From Rebecca billardiae RCC1528 (Eukaryota; Protista; Haptophyta), in the NCBI GenBank assembly GCA_965240325.2, contig OZ251230.1:930001-994000 (forward strand): a stretch of 64,000 nucleotides of DNA, read 5' to 3'. How positions within the stretch are numbered: position 1 is the stretch's first letter; each line of letters begins with the position of its first letter. Both the position numbers and the translations under genes were made by a program. Shown here one piece after another: positions 22,695 to 33,120 of this stretch. The notes under the pieces are model-generated. The model was not told where the DNA came from. It saw nothing but the letters and a program-made list of their open reading frames with translations, and made no database searches.

Positions 22695-24772
22695 TCAGAA
22701 CGCAGACTTGGACGTGACGGCCGTGTCCTTGTGCTTGGAGCCGCCGGGCACCGTGTTGGGCTGGCCCGTCACGCTCAGCACGCGCTCCCACGTGCGGCCG
22801 CGCGCGTCCATCATTCGGGGCGAGTTCTTGACGAGCGCGCAGATCGGGATGTACACGAGGCGGTTGTTGCACATGCCGACCGAGAAGGCCGTGTAGCCGG
22901 CCTGCACGCGCGCACGGCGGCGTCCGGGCGGGGGGGGCGCGGCGGGCGTCAGGAACGCGCGTGCCCGCTGGGCGCCCGCACCCCGCGCTGCGCGCTGCGC
23001 GCGGGTGGCGGCGCGTGCGGCAGCGCAGCGCGCACCATCGCGCCGTGCACGGCGTTCTGCGCGAGCAGGAGGCAGTAGATCGCGTCGGACGTGTTCGCCT
23101 GGACCGAGCGGATCATGTACGACGGGTCGATGTACTTGACCGTCACCGGCTTGCTCTGCTTCGCGAAGTACTTGGCCAGCTCGTCCTTGAGCCACACGCC
23201 CAGCTCGGGCAGCTTGCGGTTGCCGCCCGCGTCGACGGTGGCCGACTGGCCGAGGATCTCCTCGCCCGCGCCCTCGGCGACGACGACGACGGCGTAGCCC
23301 TTCTTCGCGACGACGCGCTCGAGGTGGGGCAGGCAGCCGTGCGGCCCCTCCGTCACCACCGGCACCTCGGGCACGAGGCACAGGTCGACCTCGCCCGAGG
23401 ACATGGTGGCGTGCACGGCGATGAAGCCTGAGTGCCTCCCCATCAGCTTGACGATGCCGATGCCGTTGGGCAGGTTGCACTTGGCCTCGACCTGCGCCGA
23501 GCGGATGGCCTTCTGCGCCTCCTCCACGGCCGTGTTGAAGCCGAACGATCGGTCCAGCAGGTCGATGTCGTTGTCGATCGTCTTCGGCACGCCGATCACC
23601 TGCAGGCGCCCAACGGCGCGGCGCGCGCCCGCCGGCGGTGAGGCGTGCGCGCGCGCGCGCGCCGTTGCGCGCAGGGCGCGCAGGGCGCGCGGCGTGCGCG
23701 GCGGCGGGCCGCGCGAGGCGGTGGCGCGTGCGCCGGGCGGCGGGCCGGCGCCGACCCCCTCGGCCGCCGCCCGATCGCGCGCCGCGCACCGCGCGCGCAC
23801 CGCGATGTCCAGCCTGAGCCTGCGCGCCTCGTCCGCCACCTTGGTGCCCGCGCGGTGCGTGCCGTCGCCGCCCACAATGTACAGCTGGTTGATGCGGTGG
23901 TGCTTGAGCCACGCGATGGTCTTGTCGAGGTCGAAGGAGCCGCGGCCGGAGCCGATCATCGTGCCGCCACGGTAGTGGATCCCCGCCACCCGCTCCTTCG
24001 TCAGGTCGTACGGCGCCATGCTCTCGTCGCTGAAGCCCTGGTAGCCGCCGCGCACGCCCAACACCTTCTCCGCGCCGTACAGGTCGAGCAGCGTGCGCGT
24101 GATGCCCTGGATGATGTTGTTGAGGCCGGGGCACAGCCCGCCGCACGTGACGATCGCCGCGCGCACCTTCGACGGCTCGAAGTGCAGCGTGCGCCGCGGC
24201 CCCGCGCGCAGGAACGCCGTGGTGATCGAGTCGGAGTTGGGCTTGCGGATGATGTCCTTCACCACCACGTCCTCAGCGCCCATCAGCTGGTTGTACGCCT
24301 GCTGCAGCTCGGCGTCGGAGTTGAGGCCCATCTTGTTCTGCTTGCCCGAGTCCTTGTAGTACTCCGACAGGTGGGGCACGGGCAGCACGAACACCGCGTC
24401 CAGCTTGATCGAGGGCAGCACGAGCGGCTCGCAGCCAAAGCCCTGCGGGTGCTTCTTCGCAAACGATTCGTGCAGCTTGGCCTGCGTGGCGGCCCAGGTG
24501 ATGCGCCCCTTCGGGTCCTCGGGCAGCTGCGCGCCCTCCATCAAGTGCTCGCTCCCCCGCCGCGGCTCCACCTGCGCCGCCGCGTCCTGCTCGCGCAGCT
24601 TCTTCATCTCGTCGGGTGTCGGGCCCGACGCCCAGCCCTGGTCGATCGACAAGCGCTTGTTCATGCGCGCCTTCGGCGGGTGCGGAGCCCACTTGAGGTA
24701 GATGGCGTACGCGGTGGCGACGCCCACCGCAACCCCCGCGCCCACCCCCAGAGCGAAGTCGTTGCCGCCCAT
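22695..24772 (-). CDS. PFK: ATP-dependent 6-phosphofructokinase (plant/protist type); introns 23600-23800 and 22902-23035
   Basis: RAGPR, IVTCGGLCPGLN, GGDGT (ATP-type), PKTIDND, SFGFNTAVEEA, KLMGRHSGFIA, YIDPSYMIRS, AVHGAM|AGYT. Confidence 0.97.
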
Positions 24773-25707
24773 CGCGTGCTCGCCGTCGTTCGGCCGCCGG
24801 GCAGCTCTCTGCCGGTCCGAGCCTGGCGGTCGCGGAAAACTTGTTGCTGCGGGCAAGTTCCGCGCTACGGTAGCCGGGTCGACCAATCACGAAGCCGGCC
24901 GTCCACATGATTTACACTTTCTGAGCGAGAGTCTGACATCACTGCAGACCTGACTGGACTACTTTACCAGGTAATGCCCTACCCACATGAGCACGTAACA
25001 GGCTTGAGCGCCCGAAAACTCCGAAACTGTCTGATGAAGTCGTGCGCGATGGCGACCGATCCAGGGCGCGGGGCTCCAAGTAAACGCCTCCAGCCAGACG
25101 CAGAGGCGCCCACCGGCACATGGGAGGCCACGACGGACGTGTGCGAAAGAGACAGCGCGTGGCCGCTCACCGAGTGCGCTAGCACCCTGTGCCCAGAGCC
25201 GCGACTGCAGACATTCGGTGACCGTTCTCGGCTGACGGTCTCTTCACCGTGGCACGGGCGGCCCCAAGCGACCCAGCCGGGCGGTGACAGTCGGCTCACG
25301 GCAGCGTGAGCACATCTTGGCCATGCATGCTGCATACATACTGGCAATAGCGTGTGTTCCATAGCGACGGCCAGTAGTGTCCATTTGCTGTCCGGACCCG
25401 CGTGGAACGAACAGTGTCTGCGGCGGAGTGCGCGACATCCTGCAGTGCCCATGATCGCTCCGGCCGCGGCACAGCGCTGCCGCGCCGCGGACTGGAAGCT
25501 GCAGTGTAGCTCGTACTTCGCCCCGGCGCGCAGGTCGTCGAGCTGCTGGGTCGATAGCGTGCCCACGCCGCGCGATGCACTTCCTGAACAACCGGATGGC
25601 CGGCCAACTGCTGGGGCACGGTGGGCGCACGTCCGGGAAGCGCCGAGCGAGCGCCCGTGCGGCCTCGTGCGAAACCCTGCTCGGCCTGGGCGTGCTCCTT
25701 CTCGGCG

Positions 25708-27327
25708 ATGGCGAGCAGTGGGCACACGCAGCCCCTGATCGAGGGCGGCGCGCCAGAGGCGCGCGTATCGAGCCGGCTCAGACTACTCCGCTTCCTCATC
25801 GGCGGCTTCGCCGTCTGCATTGTCGTGGCCGCGGTCGTGACGGCGGAGCGATTGATGCACATTGCCGGCGCGCAAAAGTACGTCGACACGTCGTACCCGG
25901 CGTGCCGGAAAGGGTATGTGCTCGGCGTGCTGCCCGCGAAGGGGAGCATGCCGGCGAAGCTCGTCCTCTGGTCCGGCAAGGCCGACTCCAACTGCGCCCT
26001 CAACGAGCTCTGCGACGACATGTGGACGTTTGACGCGTCGAAAGACGCGCCGACCAACGCCACGTCCAAGTGGAGGCGCGTGAGGGCGGCGAGCGAGGGC
26101 AAGTGGGTGACGCGGCCGGAGAAGTACCCCGAGCCGCGGTGGAAGACCTCCGCCGTGCAGGACGCCGCCGACGACATGTACGTCTTCGCCGGCGACCCGC
26201 TCCGCTCGGACGGGTCGTACATTGACGACGTGTGGAAGCTCAGCTCGGCCTCGCTCGAGTGGACGCGGATGCGGACGGTGTGCAACGAGCCGAAGAAGAA
26301 GGAGGTGGGCGAGCCCGCGTGCCTCTCGCTCGACCGCCGCGCCCACGACGCCGCGCTTCTAGGCAGCACGATGTACGTGTACGGCGGCAAGGACCCCTCG
26401 TCCGACCTGCTCAACGACGTGTGGGCCCTCGAGCTCGGCTCGCTCGAGTGGGAGCGACTGTGGCTGGTGGGCGCACGCGGCACGCGCGCGGGCGGGCGCG
26501 CCGAGGGTTGGGCGCCGCGCGGGCGGCTGCGTGCGCGCCCTGGCGTGCGCGCTGCACTGCGCGCGCTGGCCGCGCAAGCGCTCGCGCCGAGCCCCGCGAT
26601 CCGGCGCGCCGCGTTGCCGCCCGCCCTCGGGCGCGCCGCCCGCTTGCGCGCCGCCCGCCGTCCGCAGGCCAACGCGGTCGAGATCAAGAAGCACCTCGTG
26701 CCGCCCTCGCGCAAGGGGCACACGCTGGTGCCCGTCGAGGCGATGCGCTCCAACTTCAGCGGCAAGGCGGAGCCCGCGATCGTCCTCTTCGGCGGCCGCG
26801 TGAACATCAAGCACTACTTCAACGACGCGTGGGCCTTCTTCCCCTCGCGCCGCGTGTGGGAGCCGCTGGACGCCGCCAAGGGCGGCTTCGCGTCGACCGA
26901 GCTCGCGCCGCACCCGCGCGACCACCACGCGGCCGCCGTCGTGGGCGACGGCATGTACGTGTGCTGCGGCTGGTTCGAGTACTGGCACGCGTTCGACGAC
27001 ATGTGGCGGTTCGACCTGGTCAGGCACAGCTGGGCGCAGCTCGACGCCACGGCGGGCGGCGCGCCCAAGCCGGCCGGCCGCTTCCTCGTCTCGATCGTGC
27101 CGGTCGGCACCGACCTGTACGTGTTCGGCGGCGAGGCGGGCGCGGACGCGGTGCCCGCCAACGCGTACCTGAACGACCTGTGGGTGTTCGACACGACGTC
27201 CTCAACGTGGAAGCTGCTCTCGGAGAACCGGTGCCCGCGCGACCACTCGATCAAGGAGCGCCCGGCCACGTCCGCCGCGACGGACGACGAGGACGACGAC
27301 GGCAGCCGCCGCCGCCGTCGCCGATGA
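25708..27327 (+). CDS. Type II membrane-anchored kelch/galactose-oxidase beta-propeller protein; in-frame intron 26467-26667
   Basis: N-terminal TM FLIGGFAVCIVVAAVV. Repeated (Y/L)V(F/Y)GG...ND(V/L)W kelch units. Confidence 0.88.
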   Translation: MASSGHTQPLIEGGAPEARVSSRLRLLRFLIGGFAVCIVVAAVVTAERLMHIAGAQKYVDTSYPACRKGYVLGVLPAKGSMPAKLVLWSGKADSNCALNELCDDMWTFDASKDAPTNATSKWRRVRAASEGKWVTRPEKYPEPRWKTSAVQDAADDMYVFAGDPLRSDGSYIDDVWKLSSASLEWTRMRTVCNEPKKKEVGEPACLSLDRRAHDAALLGSTMYVYGGKDPSSDLLNDVWALELGSLEWERLWLVGARGTRAGGRAEGWAPRGRLRARPGVRAALRALAAQALAPSPAIRRAALPPALGRAARLRAARRPQANAVEIKKHLVPPSRKGHTLVPVEAMRSNFSGKAEPAIVLFGGRVNIKHYFNDAWAFFPSRRVWEPLDAAKGGFASTELAPHPRDHHAAAVVGDGMYVCCGWFEYWHAFDDMWRFDLVRHSWAQLDATAGGAPKPAGRFLVSIVPVGTDLYVFGGEAGADAVPANAYLNDLWVFDTTSSTWKLLSENRCPRDHSIKERPATSAATDDEDDDGSRRRRRR

Positions 27328-27598
27328 CCGGGCCGCACACCGGCCGCGGCGAGGAGCCCGGTAGTAGATCACCGTGATGAATATTGCGCTGCGCGGTAGA
27401 GTGACGTTGGTGGCCAGCATCGTCGGATCACGTCGCTGAAAGCGCAGCGCGCCGATCCGAGTAGTACAGCAGCAGTACTTCGTCGGTATGAAGTCTAGGC
27501 CGTAGGCGTCGGTACTTGAGAATGAGTAGCAGTATGACTATGAGTGCTTCACCGTCACGGATGCGTGGTTCACCGGCAACGGTGACCTGCGCCTCAAG

Positions 27599-28699
27599 GT
27601 GTTCGTGTCGGGCAACTCCCCTGGGGACGTGGACGGTGCGGCGACCCCACAGGGCGGGGCTGGACGTCCGAACAGGAGCCGCGGCCCCGCCCCCAGCGCA
27701 CCGGCCCCGGCCCGCGGGCCGGTCCCGCCTCGCAAGGGGGGGGCAGCCACGCCGGCCTCTGGTGTGCCTGGTGCTGCGAAGAGGTCCAAGTGTTGGAAGA
27801 AGAAGCACCGCGCGGATGGCTAGCTGAAGCCGGCTGCGCGTGCGCGGCGGGACAAACGCGCTGCCAAGGCGAGTGGGGGCCCGACGCCGCAGCTTCCCAA
27901 CTCTGGCCCCTTCCGTGAGCTCGCGCCTTCGGCATCGTCGGACCCGTCGTCGCGGCCGTCCCGCATGTCTTCGGACCGCCAAGAGGCCGGGGACGGCCAT
28001 CGCCCTCTGGGTGATGGCGCCCCGGCTGCGGCGTCTGGGCATGAGGGCGCGGCGTCGGCGACGACCGACGAGGTCGTGGGCGCGCTCTTCGCGGGCCCAC
28101 TCGCCCCGATGGGGCGTGGGGCCGCGCCTGGCCCTGCTCCCAAGGTGTATGTGTTCGAGGCAGGCAAAGGCTCTGTGCCACAACCGGGGTAGGTGGGCAG
28201 CCAGGGGCTGGCGGCAGCCGAGAGGGGCCGCTTTCCCCCGCCCCCGCTGCTTGCGAAGGCGGCGGGGGTGCGCTGCTTGCCTCCGCAGGCGAGCAGCGCG
28301 CACTTTACGCCGGGCATGTGGACCTGCCCACCCTTCATCTTCCAGTTCTTCCCTTCGGCTGGGGCTCGATCAGTCGACGCGGCGTCGCTCACAGCGCAGG
28401 CAGGTGTTTGGCGCGGCTGCACTCTCGAGGTGGCTGGGATACGACATCCAGGTGCAGCATCCTCCCCGTGTGGTGTCAGAGCGCGCTCTCGAGCGCGTGC
28501 CTCCGAGCGCGGGGCGGCCGCTTGCTGCAATGGCCGCCTCGATGAGGTGCGGCAACGCGCCCCTCACCGGCCTGCGCCGGTCTGTTTTGTGGCGGTGTCT
28601 TTGTGCAGTGTTGGATGGCGTCAATCACGCCTTCACCTGTGCACGTTAAAGCATAGCAGTAAAACTGTACCAGGTCTCTCTTCGGAGAGCGTGCGATGA
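27599..28699 (+). pseudogene. Possible decayed retroelement-like reading frame
   Basis: ORFs 27599-27823, 27965-28192 and 28193-28699 are one frame broken by TAG codons. The 3' part overlaps dispersed repeat C. No diagnostic domain recognised. Confidence 0.25.
28379..28669 (+). repeat. Dispersed repeat family C, copy 1 (~290 bp)
   Basis: High similarity to the reverse complement of 40846-41144. Confidence 0.9.
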
Positions 28700-28856
28700 A
28701 GGATGGCGCGGGTGCTTGCTCATCATCATGATCACCGCTGCCATGCTGGCGCTGAGAAATCATCATGATCATGAGTCCGGTGCGATAATCGGCGGGGTTT
28801 CGTCTGGCGGCGACCCAGCCGCGCGGGCGACCCAGCCGCGCCGCGCGTATGAGGGC

Positions 28857-30421
28857 ATGGGGCGCGTGGCTGTGCGTCTCGCGGCTATGCTCTGCTGCGC
28901 GCGCGGGTCGGCCGGGACGGCGTGGACCGGCCCACCGCCGCGGCCGGGCTCCGAGCCCTCGTTCAGCTGGTGGGCGCCGAGCTACGCGCCCGGCCGCGCC
29001 GCGGTCGCGCGGTGCGCGGTCTGCGCGGCGGGCGACCTGCGCACGTTCGTGCACCCGCTCGTCCAGGCCAACTGGCGCGCGGCGCTGCTCGAGCCGCTGC
29101 GCCCCGACCTCTTCGTCCACACGTCAGGCCTCACGAGCCTGTGCGCCGAGTGGGATCCGGCCGTGCCGCTCGAGAAGCGCCGCGCGCGCCTCGGCTGCGT
29201 CAGGCGGGTCGAGGTGACCCCGGAGCAGCTCGGCCAGCTCGCCGAGGAGCTCGCCGCGCGCGGCCTCGTGCAGATGTCGGTGCGCAGCGAGCTCGACGTG
29301 CTCCACAACGCCTCGCGCCCGCCGCGCGAGGAGGCCCGGCCGCTCAGGCACAACTGGTCGGAGGTGCGCAGGCCGTGGCCGTCGGCCGGCTGCGACCGCG
29401 TCCAGAACAACCCGCTGCGCTTCTCGCTCGCGCTCCGCTGGTTCGGCTGCCTGCGCGGCATCGAGCGCGCCGAGGCCGAGCTGCGCGGCGGCGACGCGTA
29501 CGACTGGGTGGTGCGCGTGCGCCCCGACTACTACTGGGACTGCGCGTTCACGCCACCGCCCGCGCCGCTGCACCCGTGCAGCCGGCACGGCGTGGGCGAG
29601 AACGACCTGCTCTGGATCGCGCCGCGCGGGCTCGGCGGCGCCGCGCTCGGGCTCGCGCGCTACGTCGAGCGCTGGCGGCCGCGGCCGGCTGGTCGGCCAC
29701 CGACCTGCGCGTGCGCCACTGCCAGCCCGGCTCGTGCGCCGAGCGGTCGCAGTGCTTTGACTACGAGCTCCTACGCCACGGGGGCGTACCGCACTCCACG
29801 TGCGCCAACCGGCCGCAGCCGCCGTGCCTGGGTTCGGGGCTGGGCAACAAGATGCCGGCGTCGGGCCTGCCGGCGGCCGCGTCGCCGGCCCACCCGCCCC
29901 GAGGCGGCCGCCCCCAGTGCTACCGCGAGCTGCGGTCGTGCCGCGTGCCGGTTCCGCGGAGGAGCTGCTGGGAGGCGCGGGCGCCCGTGTACCGGCTGCT
30001 GCTGCAGCCGCCGGGCGCGGCGTACGACTTGCTGCCGCTCGACCGGCTCAGGCAGGCCCGTGGCGACGGGCCCTGGGGCGACATCGGCGGCATCGCGCGC
30101 ATCTGCGGCGCGCGTCGCGCAGATGGCAGCTCGGATCGGCCGCCCGGATCGACTGCGGCCGCACCCGCACCGTCGGCTGTGTCGACGAGCGATGCGGAGG
30201 GCCTCGCCGACCGGGCGGCGAGCCCGGCCCTCGTGGTCGACGACCTCAATAAGACCGTGCTGCAGCCGCGCTCGCGCGTTCTCAACAGCACGCAGCAGGA
30301 CTTGAGACCATCACGGGGACGACGGACCGGCGGCGCTGGGACCAGGGGCGGGGGGGTGGGCGGTGCCGGCGGTGACCCGCCCGGGGTGAGCAGTGAGCCG
30401 TACGTGATATCACTGATATGA
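28857..30421 (+). CDS. Uncharacterised glycosyltransferase-like protein; frame shifts near 29660-29730
   Basis: AVCAAGDLRTF...DLFVH...YDWVVRVRPD...NDLLWI is a motif set typical of algal GT-like hypothetical proteins. Coding-like text (CAERSQCFDYELL, PVYRLLL) continues in another frame. Confidence 0.6.
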
Positions 30422-30577
30422 CGGTCGGCGGTGGCAGCTGGCGGCGGTTTGGCAACGGATACGATGACAGAGATCATCATGCACATCACGCACACAGCTC
30501 AGGCAGGCGAGATTGACAGTATGAGTAGTGATCGGCAGCGTACCACTACCAGATTCAAAGTAAAAGTTATAATACCG

Positions 30578-30600
30578 ATATATATATATATATATATATA
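30578..30600. repeat. (AT)n microsatellite
   Basis: Directly visible. Confidence 0.95.
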
Positions 30601-30619
30601 ATTATGCGCGCCATTTGCC

Positions 30620-32921
30620 TTTTTCCGCGGGGGGGGCACGTCCGTTTCGACGGGACGGCCGCCCCCGCGGCTTTGCGTAGCATCAAGGAGAGTCCGGAAA
30701 ATGGAATCCGGGGACGCTCGTCAACTCGCGGGGGGGGGGGCCTGTTTGACGGCCGCGCCGAGCACCCGAGCGTCTCGACCCGCGCCTCGTGTGTCACCTC
30801 GCATTTGGCGGGGCGCGCGCGGAGCGCGCCGCGAGTGGGCGCGTCGGCCCGTACGCTCGGAGCCCTCTTCAGGAAAATTCCGAGCGCGCCGCGCCGCGCC
30901 CGTCGCGCCGCGCTGCGGCGTGCACCGTGCACACGTTCGGCTCGGCTCGGGTGCCGAGCGCCGCCGACGAGCGGGAAGAGCGCCAGGGGCGGGTGCGCTG
31001 GCGCGGGCGGGGTGTGGATGCACGATGTGGGAGTCTACCTCTCGTACCGGGCGCGCGCGCCCGCTCGGCGCCGTCGCTTCGCGCGGCCGTAGGCGTCCAA
31101 GCGTCGTTGGTTGGCCTCGAGAACCGCTAAAGGGGGGGGGGGGGCTGCCGCAAGCGACGCGGGTAACGATTGACGAGACCGAGCACGCATCTGACGAGAC
31201 CGAATACGCACAGCAGGCGGCACCGCGCAACGGCCCGGCGCATGGAGGCTCCGGTGGCCGCGCGCCGCGCGCACGTCAGGCGGGGCGCGCGCGCGGAGTC
31301 CGCCGCGCGTGGGGGCCTCAGGCCCTCGGGAGAAGCAAGCGCGGCATCGCCGCGCCGCGCCCGCGCCACGGCATACGTCCAACGACCCAGGTGCGACCGC
31401 GCAGGCGCTGCGCGCTGATGGCACTGGGGCGGATGGTCATGGTGCGCGCCGCGCGCGCGGGGGCTGAATGTGGAGGCGGGCGGTGGTTGCCCGGCTCGCT
31501 CGCCGCGCGCGCGCGTCGCCCTGCGTTACGCTCTGAACTCTCTGTGCGCGCGCCGTGCGGATGCTGCACGAGTAAGCCATGTTGCTTAGTGGTCTTGGTC
31601 CACTGTCTCGCCACGCCAGCACGTTGCGGCTGCAGCAGCCGCAGCTCACTGGACCATTGATGCCAGGTGTCAAATCTGAATCGGCAGGGAAGCGGAAGGA
31701 GCGCGCCACCTTAACTTGCGGCTCGTGCTGGAGGCGACCTGGTCGGACGCACTACCACCCGTCCCAGAAATGGCCCGTGAGCCCGTCTTCGGCTCAGCGG
31801 GCTCATGACCGTCCATGGACGGTCATGAGCTCAGTGACTATGAAATGGGCTGGTAACGAATAGCTGCGGGTATTCTTCAATACCAGGGAGCCTTGATGTA
31901 GGGGGCTGGGACGGGTGGTGTACAGACGCCCGTGCGGCCGTGAGGGGCGCGGGTACTGGTAGGTCTGCAGCGCGGTGGCAGGTGCCGTGACCACTGCATG
32001 AGTCACAGGTCTGGCCAGGCCTCAGCCCGCTCAGGCTCAGCGCCGCACGATGACCCCGGCTGGTCGTCACGCATGGGCATATCGTCAGTCTCCTCATCAG
32101 ATGCCCGATTGCTAAGTTGGTCACTGTCACTGTCATTCAGACAGAGTAGTAGCCGCAGTCACGTGCGTGGGTTGATGATCAGAGGGCGGAATTCGTTTGC
32201 GTAGCCGTACAGCGCCGGGAGACTTACGGGAGACTTACTCCACTTTGATGGTCGGTCCCGGGCGCAAGGCTGGTGCGCACGCGACAAGAATTGGCTCACA
32301 TTTTGCGTCTCGGAGATCTCCTTCGGACACTCCGCGGGTCGGTTGCGCTCCGCTGCCGCCCGCGCGCGCTAAAATTCATTCTTTAAAATAGGGTTTTCAG
32401 TGCACGAAGAACCAAGCGAAGAACATGACTCTGACGGGCAAAAAAGAGCAAAATTAAAAGGTTTGCGGCCCTTTCCTAGGCTCTGGAGGGGACGGTGCAG
32501 GCAAGTGATGCGGGCGCTCCATGGCCATGTCGGCCGTCGCGGATGGCGTCAATGCACGCCACATGCTCAAGACACATGCTCACTTGCACACACTTGGGTT
32601 GGGCGGGGCGAGATCGCGCTCGCGCAGCCGATCGACACTCAACGACGCTTGTGCGTTGCGGCTGCTTTGACACAGCGAACGGCAGGGTGCAGACTCGAGA
32701 GGTGAGGGTCATGCGGGCTTGGACTCGTAGCCAGTGCCCACTGGCGGCAGCCCGCATGCCGCGCGTACTCGTCCGGACGCGAACCCGTACATCGAGCGGC
32801 CAAACTGCTGCGCGAGTCGCCGCCCCCCAAGTCACAAGCTCGCCATGGATCGAGAGCCCGCGTTATCTCGGCGCTGTACGGGTAGCACGGCCGGGCCGCG
32901 GATCTTTTTCCTCGAGTTATT
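30620..32921 (+). mobile_element. Non-autonomous element family B, copy 1 (interrupted by a MITE)
   Basis: Colinear with the reverse complement of 52678-54142, from TTTTTCCGCGG to TTTTTCCTCGAGTTATT. Terminal GC hairpin. Confidence 0.8.
32205..32881. mobile_element. 677-bp MITE nested in family B
   Basis: TIRs CCGTACAGCGCCGGGAGA / TATCTCGGCGCTGTACGG. GTAG is duplicated (32201-04, 32882-85). The empty site GCGTAGCACGG is present in B copy 2 (~52710-52720, minus strand). Confidence 0.9.
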
Positions 32922-33120
32922 ATTCGATTTTTCCACTACGCGAGTTTGTTTATTCGATCGTCGTCCGTTATTTTCAGTTTATTGTTTTTCGCGCGTCGCC
33001 CGACCAAGCCCGACACGAGGAGACCGTTTCGCCTTGGCACCACCATCGCGGTGGTTGCGCCCTGAGAAGCGCCCGCCGCACTGTCGCTTGGACGCGGGTG
33101 CACGGCGCCGGGCGAGCGCG

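Noticed and set aside
30604-31863. ORFs inside family B (and family A) as transposases
   Set aside because: No HUH, DDE, YR or RT motifs, and frames are not conserved between the two copies.
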